From positions 62,001 through 126,000 of the IMG/VR virus record IMGVR_UViG_2867919565_000004: DNA of 64,000 nt; one strand, given 5' to 3'. A model generated the notes under the pieces. The model was not told where the DNA came from, did not search any database, and saw only the letters and a program-made list of their open reading frames with translations. Of this stretch, positions 9,147-18,682 are shown piece after piece. A program made the translations under genes and the position numbers. Origin of the DNA: an uncultured virus (IMG/VR IMGVR_UViG_2867919565_000004). Taxonomy: Duplodnaviria; Heunggongvirae; Uroviricota; Caudoviricetes. Within the stretch, counting starts at the first letter, position 1. The number at the start of each line of letters is the position of its first letter.

Positions 9147-10748
9147 TTATGATGTAAGCATGAGAAGCTTCGATGTATCCAGGATATAATAAGAAGCGTT
9201 ATTTACCGTTTCACTGTAAGATTGCGCACCCTCAAAATCATTAATTACGTCTTTTTCTTCTGCTGTCATATCCTGATATTTCACTTTGCCATATGAAGGA
9301 GGAAGCCAATTTTTCTTTTGACTGCCAAAAATATTAAATTTCTTCAGAATTTCCATATCTTTAAATTCAATATGACATGTTCCTTTTTTATAGAAAGTTA
9401 CATAGAAGTACTTTAATTCTATTTTTTTCGTTTCACCGTAATGCTTAGCTAGTTTTAGAGTTTCATCTATGTTCATGTCTTCTGTTAACCCATTGTCAAG
9501 ATAATTGAAAACTTTTTCGATATCTTTCAACTTTTCTAAGACCTTGTAGTCTGTTGGACTATATTGACCGAGCCAACTACAATACCCGTTTAGTGGAATA
9601 ATTATTTTTTTATTAATTTTATATGATTTATTTGTTTTCCACCCATTATATAAGTGCACATTTTTTGATGATTCATCATAGTAATACTTGTGGCTAAATT
9701 CTTCAAAAAGGTTAAGTATTGTATCTTCTACGCCCTGCGTCATCTCTTTACTCATCTGAATTCTTAATGTATAGATATTGAACAAAGAAAAATCATAATC
9801 TTTTAATTCCTCAACGTGCTGCAAATACTTTTGTTTCAGATTGCTTGTGAAGAGCCCCATAAATTGATCATTGTTAAATAACGTATTCCAATACTTCGCC
9901 CTAATTTGTTTTATATATGCATTCTCTATGTCATTTTCTTCGGTATTCTTATCAATTAGCAGCTTCAATATTGGAGTACTGTCATCATTGAAACTATGCA
10001 GCATTAATGGTTTTAAACTGTTATATTCATTGATTAATTTTAAACCCGCTTTAATTTCATAATTGAACTGTTCTACAATTCCTTTTATAAAGTCTGCATT
10101 CACTAACTGTGTTGCTTTATAATCGGCACTAATTTTATGGGACTCATCTTTTTTCAATTCTTCTATTAGAACGCTGTTATATTCTTGTTTTTCAATGCTT
10201 ATGTATATTAGCGCCGTTTCAACTTCTGTGCTTCGCTCAGAGTTCGAAAAAGCGTTTTGAATGTATTCAACTTCTGCATTTATTTCCTCTAGCTTACGTA
10301 TAAGAAATTTCCTGTCATTTGAATACGGATTTTTTAATGTTTCGGCATTTAGTAAGCAAACAATTTGGCCAGATCTTTGTTGCTTTTCAATTAATTCAAT
10401 CGCCTTTAATAAATGTTTAACACCGTTACTAAAAGGTGGATTCATAAAAATCAAATCATACTTCTTGTAAGTGTTAAACGTCAGAAAATCATCTGCAATC
10501 ACTCTGTAATCTTTGCCTTTAAGTATGTGTCGTAAGTTTTCATATTGTTCAATTGTATCAATGTCATATTTCGAATTCCTTCTATAGTTGCTGGTGTTTT
10601 TAAATTGAGTATAAATGGCTTCTACTAAGTTTCCTTTACCTGCTGACGGCTCCAGAACAGAGTTAATGTACTTCCATTCTACTTTAGATGTCATTTTTCG
10701 GATTAACCGTGGTGGTGTTGGATAAAAATCCGGATTATCTTTAAACAT
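9147..10748 (-). CDS. N6-adenine DNA methyltransferase with DUF4942-like C-terminus
   Basis: FYPTP, LEPSAGKG (motif I), NPPF (motif IV); C-terminal YKKGTCHIEF. Confidence 0.88.
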   Translation of the reverse strand: MFKDNPDFYPTPPRLIRKMTSKVEWKYINSVLEPSAGKGNLVEAIYTQFKNTSNYRRNSKYDIDTIEQYENLRHILKGKDYRVIADDFLTFNTYKKYDLIFMNPPFSNGVKHLLKAIELIEKQQRSGQIVCLLNAETLKNPYSNDRKFLIRKLEEINAEVEYIQNAFSNSERSTEVETALIYISIEKQEYNSVLIEELKKDESHKISADYKATQLVNADFIKGIVEQFNYEIKAGLKLINEYNSLKPLMLHSFNDDSTPILKLLIDKNTEENDIENAYIKQIRAKYWNTLFNNDQFMGLFTSNLKQKYLQHVEELKDYDFSLFNIYTLRIQMSKEMTQGVEDTILNLFEEFSHKYYYDESSKNVHLYNGWKTNKSYKINKKIIIPLNGYCSWLGQYSPTDYKVLEKLKDIEKVFNYLDNGLTEDMNIDETLKLAKHYGETKKIELKYFYVTFYKKGTCHIEFKDMEILKKFNIFGSQKKNWLPPSYGKVKYQDMTAEEKDVINDFEGAQSYSETVNNASYYILDTSKLLMLTS

Positions 10749-10801
10749 TTTTTGTTCTCCCCTTTTTAGGGAATGAGATGTTTCCCCATCCCCTCATTAG
10801 T

Positions 10802-12673
10802 TTATAGATTAGGCTTATATGTGTTGATTATTGGTTTAAAGCTTTTTTTATTTAAGTAACCTAAAACCTCATCAAATTGTCTTTTGTCACAAGAGTAGTA
10901 CTTACTATGAATTATTTTCATTCCATCTGGTCTAACCTCTACATTATTCAATACTGTTTTGGGCAGCGAGTGCCACCCTTTGAACATCAATAATTCTGAA
11001 TAGAAGTGACGATAATATAATTTTCTTTTATTTTCAGGCTGGTATGTCAACTTGACTGCATTATCATATTGGGCATATTTAGTTGGCCGGTAACTGTCAT
11101 ATGTTATTCTTTCAGTAATTAAAGATCCAAGATCAGATATGTAAAACAGAGTATATTTTTCACCTTTTTCAAGATCAGCGCTTTTAAATTGTTCTTGAAT
11201 GCTGTCAACTTCATGGAGAATTCTGTATAAAGCAGTTTTTAATTTTTCTGTATTTACTTGTTGGATAAGATTTTTACTCAATTTTAAATTATTCAATTTC
11301 AATTTTTCTTTAAGTGAAGTTTTATATGCGTCCCAGTTTTTATTATTCCAGGTTGCAAATATATTTAATTCTTCAATGACTGAGTTAGAAAGATCTTCTA
11401 TTTTTCCCGCTTGATATTTTAACTCCTGCAATTCTTCTTCTTTTAACGCTTGCTTATGAGAAATCGCCTTTTCAATTTTTGCATTATCCACTAAGCCAAC
11501 ATATCTCGCATAAGAATGGCCTTGAGCGTCTATAATAAATTGCAATTTCCCTCCGTAGTACGCTCCTACGCCATATAAATTCCATTTGACTGTGTTCTTT
11601 TCAAGATCGTCCATATTGTAATAATCAATCATTGAGTTGATTCTGTTGTCTTCTGTAAAACTTCCACCGGTTTCGGCAAGAAAATCAAAATCATTTAAAA
11701 GCAAGTTAGAAAAGTTGTTTAAAGCTTCTTCAGTATTGAAATGTACTTCTTTTGTAATTTTCACATTTTCAAGTCTGTAGTCACCTTTAGCAACCTCGTC
11801 TTTGTATTGATCAAGTGTTTGATTTTTGTTTAAGTTGGCAAACTGTGCATCAATAACAAAATACTCTTGATCTTCATTCAGTTGTTTTACTACAATGCTG
11901 CTATAGATATTTTCGGCTTGTTTCTTTTCTTCTTTTTGCCGTCTCTTATATTCAGCATTTTTAAACTCTTGCTCTTTTAAATATTCCTGAAGTTCTTTTT
12001 CTTTTCTCGCTTTCTCGGCTCTTTCGAATTCTTCCATCTTTGAATCAAACAGATTCATATCTTCTTTAATTTCTTCTGTTTGTTCTGTCACTGTGTATTC
12101 CCAATCTAATGAAACACGACCATAGAAATTGTAACTGCCTGCGTAATCAGTGTATGGATCTGCTGGGCTGTAGCAATGGCGATAATTGTTTAAAAGACTG
12201 TTGCAATAATCATAAATCGCAGTCAAATAAGCTGAGCCTTTTTCATAAGGGCTTGCTTTGATTTTGATGTTAATAGTGCTATGTAAATAGCTTCCCCCAG
12301 TAGTAACAGAGAATTTGCATTGTGGGAAACGTTGTCTTATATGCTTTCTTATTTCCTTTGCCATTTCTTTTACTTCTTGTTCCTTATTTACTTCTAATTC
12401 ACTCCATTGTGTTGCATCCCACAGACTCATATTTACACCCTTAGCTTTCTTTTTGGTTTTTGTGATTGTTTTAGAAGATGAGATTTCTTGTTTAGTGACA
12501 CCATTAGCGACCTGCATTGATTTTTCTGTCCGTTTGCTCCACCAACATTTTTTGAATCCAGAGTATCGAAAACCGTTTGATTTAAGATGAGTTAAAACCT
12601 CTTGTTCTGGTTTACTATCAAAATAAAGTTCAATTCCGTTTAACTCTTCGTTAATTCTTAAAACAGCTGTCAT
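10802..12673 (-). CDS. Large polyvalent-protein-associated (LPD29-like) domain protein
   Basis: GGAGAGG RBS; AKEIRKHIRQRFPQCKFSVT...DPYTDY motif; N-terminal GIELYF..KP....LK..GFR..W. Confidence 0.65.
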   Translation of the reverse strand: MTAVLRINEELNGIELYFDSKPEQEVLTHLKSNGFRYSGFKKCWWSKRTEKSMQVANGVTKQEISSSKTITKTKKKAKGVNMSLWDATQWSELEVNKEQEVKEMAKEIRKHIRQRFPQCKFSVTTGGSYLHSTINIKIKASPYEKGSAYLTAIYDYCNSLLNNYRHCYSPADPYTDYAGSYNFYGRVSLDWEYTVTEQTEEIKEDMNLFDSKMEEFERAEKARKEKELQEYLKEQEFKNAEYKRRQKEEKKQAENIYSSIVVKQLNEDQEYFVIDAQFANLNKNQTLDQYKDEVAKGDYRLENVKITKEVHFNTEEALNNFSNLLLNDFDFLAETGGSFTEDNRINSMIDYYNMDDLEKNTVKWNLYGVGAYYGGKLQFIIDAQGHSYARYVGLVDNAKIEKAISHKQALKEEELQELKYQAGKIEDLSNSVIEELNIFATWNNKNWDAYKTSLKEKLKLNNLKLSKNLIQQVNTEKLKTALYRILHEVDSIQEQFKSADLEKGEKYTLFYISDLGSLITERITYDSYRPTKYAQYDNAVKLTYQPENKRKLYYRHFYSELLMFKGWHSLPKTVLNNVEVRPDGMKIIHSKYYSCDKRQFDEVLGYLNKKSFKPIINTYKPNL

Positions 12674-12744
12674 TTTCAACCTCTCCATTCTTTATTACAA
12701 TTTTATTTTTATTCTAAATGTATGTAATCCTTTGACTTGATTTA

Positions 12745-12794
12745 ATTTTAACATGATCACTTTAAATATTCAATAGTTATTTTATTTTTATTCT
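12745..12794 (-). promoter_or_regulatory. SPBRE-like sigmaA promoter flanked by A-rich boxes
   Basis: TTGAAT-17-TAAAAT with TG; boxes at 12701-12715 and 12780-12794. Confidence 0.65.
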
Positions 12795-12977
12795 AAAAAA
12801 GAAAAACATATTATCGAGGTTCAGCTTGCTGAAACGAGACGGCCGTAAAGGCACTTTCTTTACGGACGAATTTATTATTTTTTATTTAATTATTTTCTGG
12901 TTCTCCTTAAGACTTAGGCTCTAAAACCCTTGATATGACTGGCTTATTTTTTAAGTTTAAGAGGTTTGTCCTCTTTA

Positions 12978-14195
12978 TCAGGTATCGAGCCAGTTTGTGA
13001 GCAGCTTCCTCATTCTCAAAGAAGGTATGTACAAAGTTATTTCTTCTCCATCTCTAATAGCAGACCTCCATACCCATTGTACTAACTCAGACAATGCAAA
13101 TGCGTCCTGGTCTATTGTAATACTGTACTTTTCTTTAAAATAATTATACAGAACAGTATTCGTATATCTGTTTATTGTATATGCTAAGTGTTTCTTATGC
13201 TTAAACTCATTTGTTGCACGTGCATTACATGAAACAAATCCCTTTGTATACCCATTGCCCTTTATTTTGTTCTTATGGTCTGAATAAGTCGTCCACATAG
13301 CTTCATCACTTGACGACTTAACAATATTATTAAAGTAATTGAATACATTGTTCTTCACCTTTTTGATTGTGTAAGGTGATTTATTTTTATACCAATTAGA
13401 AGACAGTGAAAACTCCAGTTGTCCTATTGTGTTTAGATTACCTTCATATATATTTATTTTGTTTCTTAACTCTTTCTTAAAGCTCCTTTCATAATCAGTA
13501 CTGTGATCAATGAACCTATACTGCCCATCCATGTAAGCTGAAATGTACTTTTGATACTTAATGTTGTTCAGATCGTAGTAATATTTTTGTATTTGAGCAT
13601 CAAACATATATGTAAGTATGTAAACTTCCTTGAATAACTGGAATACGTCGGCAGGAAAGTTCCAAATCAATATATTATCTTTGAAATACATTAGGTTGTT
13701 ATTTAACGCCATATCTCGAATATCATCGTATCGTGTTTCATAATCTTTTTTTTCTTCATTCCATTTGACAAAACCGTTTTCAACATAAATCAAATTGGAA
13801 TCAAACAGTGTTGTTAGATCATGTTTCTTTACCTGTAATTGTTCCACTACTTCCATGACTTCATCTAATATCAGTGTGTAATTGCCTGCAAGTATAAGTT
13901 CCTTTGTCTCATCATTTGCGTTTTTAAAAAGGTTATGAGTTGCCACAATGTTTTTATTCTGTGATAAGAGTTCGTGAAAGGATTCAAACTTATATTGTGT
14001 TTTATCACCTTTCTTCTTTACTTTAGGTTCGAAAAATTGTTTGGACTTTATGCTTTTCTTTATGCGCTCAACTTCATTTAAATAAGGTGTGATGAATATA
14101 AAGGTTTCTTCTTTACTAGCAGAATTCATTTTGTTAATCGCTGCAGATGTTTTACCGCTCCCCATAACCGAATCAACTATTTTAATTTTATTCAT
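12978..14195 (-). CDS. yonV: YonV-like P-loop NTPase (helicase-like)
   Basis: DSVMGSGKT Walker A, LILDE Walker B, QWVWRSAIR; position matches SPbeta. Confidence 0.8.
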   Translation of the reverse strand: MNKIKIVDSVMGSGKTSAAINKMNSASKEETFIFITPYLNEVERIKKSIKSKQFFEPKVKKKGDKTQYKFESFHELLSQNKNIVATHNLFKNANDETKELILAGNYTLILDEVMEVVEQLQVKKHDLTTLFDSNLIYVENGFVKWNEEKKDYETRYDDIRDMALNNNLMYFKDNILIWNFPADVFQLFKEVYILTYMFDAQIQKYYYDLNNIKYQKYISAYMDGQYRFIDHSTDYERSFKKELRNKINIYEGNLNTIGQLEFSLSSNWYKNKSPYTIKKVKNNVFNYFNNIVKSSSDEAMWTTYSDHKNKIKGNGYTKGFVSCNARATNEFKHKKHLAYTINRYTNTVLYNYFKEKYSITIDQDAFALSELVQWVWRSAIRDGEEITLYIPSLRMRKLLTNWLDT

Positions 14196-14215
14196 AATAA
14201 ATATAGACTTCCCCC

Positions 14216-15064
14216 TTAAATATTATATATCCATTGTGAAAGCAGCTTTTCCATTCTCATCGAAGGAATGAACACTGTTAAAGGCTTATTGATATTGCCA
14301 CAGTTTATTATCCATTTTAAAATCAAAGATAAAGCGTATGTATCTTCATCTAGAGATGACAACTCGTTATATTTCGCAATCAAAAACGAGTTTGGGAAAC
14401 AATTGGCTGCAAAGCACAGATAACTTTTCTTTTCCTTTAGCTCTTGACCATTGAGAGGCACAAACCTTTTCTTGTTTCCTTTGAATTCTAATTGTCTCGC
14501 ATATTGTGTGAATGTTGTCCAGCAACGATCTTGACTAGTTGATTTTGTTTGATTATAAAAATAATTATTCATATTCAATTTTAATTGTTGCACAGCACCA
14601 CCAGAGTTTTTATTGAACCAAGTTTTACTGTAGTCATATCTCCTATTCCCGCTATGAAGCAACTTACCTTTTTTCTCGTGGATTATTAAGTTTTTCTTTA
14701 AGAGATGCAGAGTTCTCTCTGAAAGGTTTTTACAATAAAACACATCTTCTACGAAACTAGAAGGAGCTGAAATGCTCCGCATTGTAGTGGAGCTTAGAAC
14801 ATTATACAGACAGTCTGTGTCCTCTCCATCTAGCCACATCTGCTCTATTTTTAATAAATCCTTTTTCTTTTCTACATGCTCCAATATTTCGAATGTGAAA
14901 TCATTTAAGCTATGTTTATCCCAATCTTTCTGAAGGAGATGAGAATGGTGAACTCCATAATGTAGATCATTTATATGTTGTTCCCAACGTTTGAATACAT
15001 TTATGCTACTTCCTATATATTTTTTTCCGTTATACTTATTTGTTATCTGATATATTCCTTTCAT
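14216..15064 (-). CDS. GIY-YIG endonuclease fused to YonV-like C-terminal domain
   Basis: GIYQITN...YIGSS...RWEQH...EQ; C-half aligns by eye with YonV C-terminus. Confidence 0.85.
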   Translation of the reverse strand: MKGIYQITNKYNGKKYIGSSINVFKRWEQHINDLHYGVHHSHLLQKDWDKHSLNDFTFEILEHVEKKKDLLKIEQMWLDGEDTDCLYNVLSSTTMRSISAPSSFVEDVFYCKNLSERTLHLLKKNLIIHEKKGKLLHSGNRRYDYSKTWFNKNSGGAVQQLKLNMNNYFYNQTKSTSQDRCWTTFTQYARQLEFKGNKKRFVPLNGQELKEKKSYLCFAANCFPNSFLIAKYNELSSLDEDTYALSLILKWIINCGNINKPLTVFIPSMRMEKLLSQWIYNI

Positions 15065-15313
15065 TTTAACTCCTTATAATTTCTTTTTAAAAAGGAACGA
15101 TAAACAATATACCGCTCCTTCTTATGTCTTAAATTCAATTGTTAGTTCTCTCTTCAAGATCATTAAAGTGTCCTTCCAGCCTAGAAAATGAATCATTATT
15201 GCACTGTTGATCACTTTTTATTATGGCAACATAGATGCAATTTCTCCAGGTTCATTTGTGGCAGTCCATTTATTTGTCCCGCTCATCTCTAATAAGCACC
15301 GTATAGTGTGATG

Positions 15314-15532
15314 TTAGTTGGACTTGTCTACATTCTTTCCGCGTAAAACGAAGTAAGCGATCCATAACAAAATGACGATGATACACGTTACTATGAAGAT
15401 AGCCGTAATAAGCGACTGTGTTCCGCTGCTGAAGTAATCTTTGATGAAGAGGAACAATAAGAATAAAACAATAAATGTTATGTTCGTAAACCATAATGAG
15501 AATCGTTTCATATTTACAATGTGCTTGTCCAT
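15314..15532 (-). CDS. yoyJ: YoyJ-like membrane peptide
   Basis: Two TM helices, MKRFSLWFT..FIKDYFSS; directly downstream of yonT; start uncertain. Confidence 0.7.
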   Translation of the reverse strand: MDKHIVNMKRFSLWFTNITFIVLFLLFLFIKDYFSSGTQSLITAIFIVTCIIVILLWIAYFVLRGKNVDKSN

Positions 15533-15540
15533 GTTATAAT
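15513..15540 (+). promoter_or_regulatory. sigmaA promoter of antisense RNA
   Basis: TTTACA-16-TATAAT with extended TG. Confidence 0.65.
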
Positions 15541-15546
15541 ATGGGT

Positions 15547-15647
15547 AGTAACTAAAGGGGAACTTAATCCCCTTTAGAGGTTTATCGGCGTATACGTTTG
15601 CGTTGTCTCTTGCTACGGAGGCGCTTGCGTGTACGCTTTTTCTTTTT
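15547..15647 (+). ncRNA. SR6-like antitoxin RNA antisense to yonT 3' end and yoyJ 5' region
   Basis: Promoter upstream; hairpin CTAAAGGGG/CCCCTTTAG; closing stem GCGTATACG/CGTGTACGC plus T-tract; matches known yonT/yoyJ/SR6 layout. Confidence 0.7.
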
Positions 15648-15761
15648 GCTTTTCTTATTCTTCATCAGGTTTTGAATCTTCTCAGCTATCGTTAAACAGT
15701 TGATGATTAAAACCGTGATAGGAATAAGGAAAGCAATTGTTATACCCACTTTCTCAAGCAC
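15582..15761 (-). CDS. yonT: YonT type I toxin
   Basis: GTG start after AAAGGAGGTG; TM helix and very basic tail (KKKKRTRKRLRSKRQRKRIRR). Confidence 0.88.
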   Translation of the reverse strand: MLEKVGITIAFLIPITVLIINCLTIAEKIQNLMKNKKSKKKKRTRKRLRSKRQRKRIRR

Positions 15762-16715
15762 TCTTTTCACCTCCTTTCCTATAACTCTATTATAACACAT
15801 TTTTCCTACAAAGTCATTTTATTTTTACTCTTAAAAAGGATTTTTTCAAATTATTTCGGACATTATTTATGGGTGTTTATAGGCTGTATATGGCGTGTAT
15901 GTGGATTGGATACCAATGATATTATGATCAAATTAAAATTGATTATAGGTGTATTAGAATGCTTCTGATGATGCCTGGTTAGTGTGTTATGGGATGGATA
16001 TATGATGATGTGTGGAAGGAAACGGATAGAGATGATTTGGTAAGCTGAGGATATGTAAAGTTGTGGATATAATGAGATGAAGGAATATGATTAGAGTGAA
16101 TATAAAATAGGTGTGTGCGGATTAGATGAAAATTATATAGGATAGATAACACTTCGATTCATTCCCCTTCGTTATACACACGATTATTTTTAATGAATGG
16201 GTATTCACTTTTAAATTGACCGCTTTATTATTTTTTCAAAAATAAATATTGTTTTTCATTTGAAATTGTGTTAGAAGTCTAAATTTATCAGCCAAATCAC
16301 AAAAACCCTACATAACGTATCTTATATAGGGAATTCAATACCAATATATAGGGGGTGTATTAACATCTAAAGGCCAAAAAACAGGAACAAATGTACCCCT
16401 AGCACTTCCATTTCCACACCCAACTTATTTTTTCATTTACCCATTTTTCAGCCTATTTTCATATCGTAATCGCTATCGTAAAAGCCTATAATATCAATGT
16501 TTTCCCACCCCTCATTTTCACCTTTTTCATCAGATTTTTAACTCAACGACCACTTTTCCTCTCTCCTGCCTACGTTTTACGATCACAAAACACCTATTAT
16601 CCCTTTGGACAGCTCTAAATCATTGCTATATCAACGGAATAACCCTTTCCGATCTTCATTTACGATAAGCACTTTTATAGCTCACGATCACAAGGGGGGT
16701 CATTAAAAATCAAAA

Positions 16716-16742
16716 TAAAAAAGCCACCTTAGTAGGCAGCCT
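16716..16742 (-). terminator. Intrinsic terminator of tubulin operon
   Basis: Minus strand AGGCTGCCT-ACTA-AGGTGGCTT followed by T-run. Confidence 0.75.
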
Positions 16743-16751
16743 CCTTTAAAA

Positions 16752-17864
16752 TTAGCGCTTTAGTCTCTTCAGTGCCTCCATATACGAGGTCTTTTTCGAT
16801 TCCTTGTTCTCCAGTTTCTTCGGTTTAAATAAATCCTCTCTACGTCGATTCCTAGCTTTATAAACAGTTGTCTCTTTAACTTCAGTGTTTCCATTTTCAA
16901 TTAGATCATCTAACTGCTTCATCCGTTCATTTATCCAGGTTAACCCACTAAGAATGGTTATCGCCCTATTCCCTTTATCATAATGTCCTTTAAATAAGTC
17001 TAGGGGCATCTTATTATCAAAGATATTAAACAGCTCATTATAGGAAATATGCTCTGTTAAGAATTCATGAACATCCAGAATAACTCCAGCTCTCATCACA
17101 TTTGTAAACTCAACTGGAGTGAATATCGAATTGTTCCATGATTTCTGTATATCTTCATGTAGCTTATCAAAATACTTACCCTCATTTGTAAATTCAGTGA
17201 GGTCTGTTTGAGCAATAGTCATGATTCCTGATGTATCAAAAAGCTGATTTAAATCCTTCCTGTCTAATGTACTGATCTTTGATCCTCTGTCCGTGTAATT
17301 GAGTAAGACTTCAATTAAATCAAGGAACATTTTATTTGTCTCCTTGTAAAGCCTGCTCTCTGAAATCTTTCCTTCGTATTTACTCAAAACCATTTGATTA
17401 TCCAAAGGTAAAACACATGTCTCTGGCATAGATAAGTCATCAAGCAACTCCAGTGAATTCATCTGGTTAACCAATACTTCATTGTTGTCAGGAAGGATTG
17501 GTACAGCAACTATTGTTTTATGAGTAAGACATTCGTTTAACAATTCTAATAATATAGGAGCTACCCCTGAACCGGTTCCACCAGCTGCGGAGAAAACAAC
17601 GAAAATGACTTGCACTGAAGGTTTTTCCATTGTGTTCTTTATAAACTCAATTGATGACTCCCAGTTATTTTTCATATGTTTCGCTGCTACGCTTCTGTCT
17701 TTACCTACTCCTTCTGTCCCTACCAGATGAAGCTTATCTTGAATATTGACCAATGAATTAAGGTCTGAAAGTGAATAATTTATTGCGACAGAATGAAACC
17801 CTCTCTTCATCGCTTCATCTGCTACACTTCCACCGGCCTGACCAATTCCAATAAAGCCAAACAT
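16752..17864 (-). CDS. Tubulin/FtsZ-family GTPase (TubZ/RepX-like)
   Basis: GIGQAGG, GVGKD, AAGGTGSG signature, LDN, T7-like STLDRKDL; basic C-terminal tail. Confidence 0.9.
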   Translation of the reverse strand: MFGFIGIGQAGGSVADEAMKRGFHSVAINYSLSDLNSLVNIQDKLHLVGTEGVGKDRSVAAKHMKNNWESSIEFIKNTMEKPSVQVIFVVFSAAGGTGSGVAPILLELLNECLTHKTIVAVPILPDNNEVLVNQMNSLELLDDLSMPETCVLPLDNQMVLSKYEGKISESRLYKETNKMFLDLIEVLLNYTDRGSKISTLDRKDLNQLFDTSGIMTIAQTDLTEFTNEGKYFDKLHEDIQKSWNNSIFTPVEFTNVMRAGVILDVHEFLTEHISYNELFNIFDNKMPLDLFKGHYDKGNRAITILSGLTWINERMKQLDDLIENGNTEVKETTVYKARNRRREDLFKPKKLENKESKKTSYMEALKRLKR

Positions 17865-18148
17865 TAAACCATCTCCCCTTCTAATTGGTATCTCAAAGCT
17901 TCTTGTCCATATTGAGTAATAAAAACTGTATGCTCTTTACTGTTTTTAACTATATTAATAAACTGCAAGGCCTCTAAACGATCTATGCTCTTTCTAAAGG
18001 TAGCATCAGTTAACTGAGTTTTTGCTTGAATGGTTTTCTTCCTAATTGATTTAAACTTTAAATCAGCCCCTTCATCGCTCAATAAGCCTAGAATATACAA
18101 ATCATTTCGAGTTAAGTTGTCAATTACTGAATCAAAATAAGTATCCAT
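17864..18148 (-). CDS. Winged-helix DNA-binding protein (TubR-like)
   Basis: AGGAGGGG RBS; wHTH pattern ...TFRKSIDRLEALQFI...VFITQYG; TAATG coupling to tubulin gene. Confidence 0.75.
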   Translation of the reverse strand: MDTYFDSVIDNLTRNDLYILGLLSDEGADLKFKSIRKKTIQAKTQLTDATFRKSIDRLEALQFINIVKNSKEHTVFITQYGQEALRYQLEGEMV

Positions 18149-18213
18149 GTGACCCCTCCTTAATATCTTGTGATTTTGAAGTATCTTGGTTGATCTACGA
18201 TTATTATATTGTT

Positions 18214-18257
18214 TATTTGTATTTAAATGCAAATATTTTTGTATCTTAATGCAAATA
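18214..18257. repeat. Two 20-bp direct repeats 22 bp apart, candidate tubC/operator
   Basis: TTTGTATTTAAATGCAAATA (18216) and TTTGTATCTTAATGCAAATA (18238). Confidence 0.6.
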
Positions 18258-18326
18258 ATCATACTCTGCTTGTATGTAAACCAGTCATTTTATAAAATTT
18301 ATTCAAACAGCAAAAGGATGATTTAA

Positions 18327-18563
18327 ATGGAATATAGGGTTAAAAGTAAGTTGGATTCATTTCTAAGCAGCAAAGGTATCGAAAAAGGCTGGTTAGCAGA
18401 GCAAATAAAAGCTGAAAGAGCAAGTATATCTAGATGGTGTAAAAATGACAGCGAGGGATTTGCAACCGTCCTCCCTAGTACATACAATCTTTTATTGATG
18501 GCACATATTCTAAATTGTAAAGTTGACGATCTTTTTGAATTAATCGAAATTAAATCCAATTAA
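18327..18563 (+). CDS. XRE-family HTH regulator
   Basis: KGWLAEQIKAERASISRW...AHILNCKVDDLF. Confidence 0.8.
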   Translation: MEYRVKSKLDSFLSSKGIEKGWLAEQIKAERASISRWCKNDSEGFATVLPSTYNLLLMAHILNCKVDDLFELIEIKSN

Positions 18564-18578
18564 CTTTGGATTTTTATG

Positions 18579-18607
18579 TTTACAAGAGTAAAAATAAAAT
18601 ATATAAT
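18579..18607 (+). promoter_or_regulatory. sigmaA promoter whose spacer is the repeated operator-like box
   Basis: TTTACA-AGAGTAAAAATAAAATA-TATAAT; box repeated exactly at 18651 and 18871. Confidence 0.75.
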
Positions 18608-18682
18608 AAAAACACAACCACATGAAGTGGTCTTTATTTTAATCATTTTAAGAGTAAAAATAAAATAGTATGGAGGTGTAAG

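Noticed and set aside
14216..15064. Intron-encoded homing endonuclease
   Set aside because: Free-standing with its own RBS; flanking genes are not interrupted
16752..17864. Host cell-division ftsZ
   Set aside because: Highly divergent, lacks the FtsZ C-terminal peptide and dcw context, and is coupled to a wHTH gene
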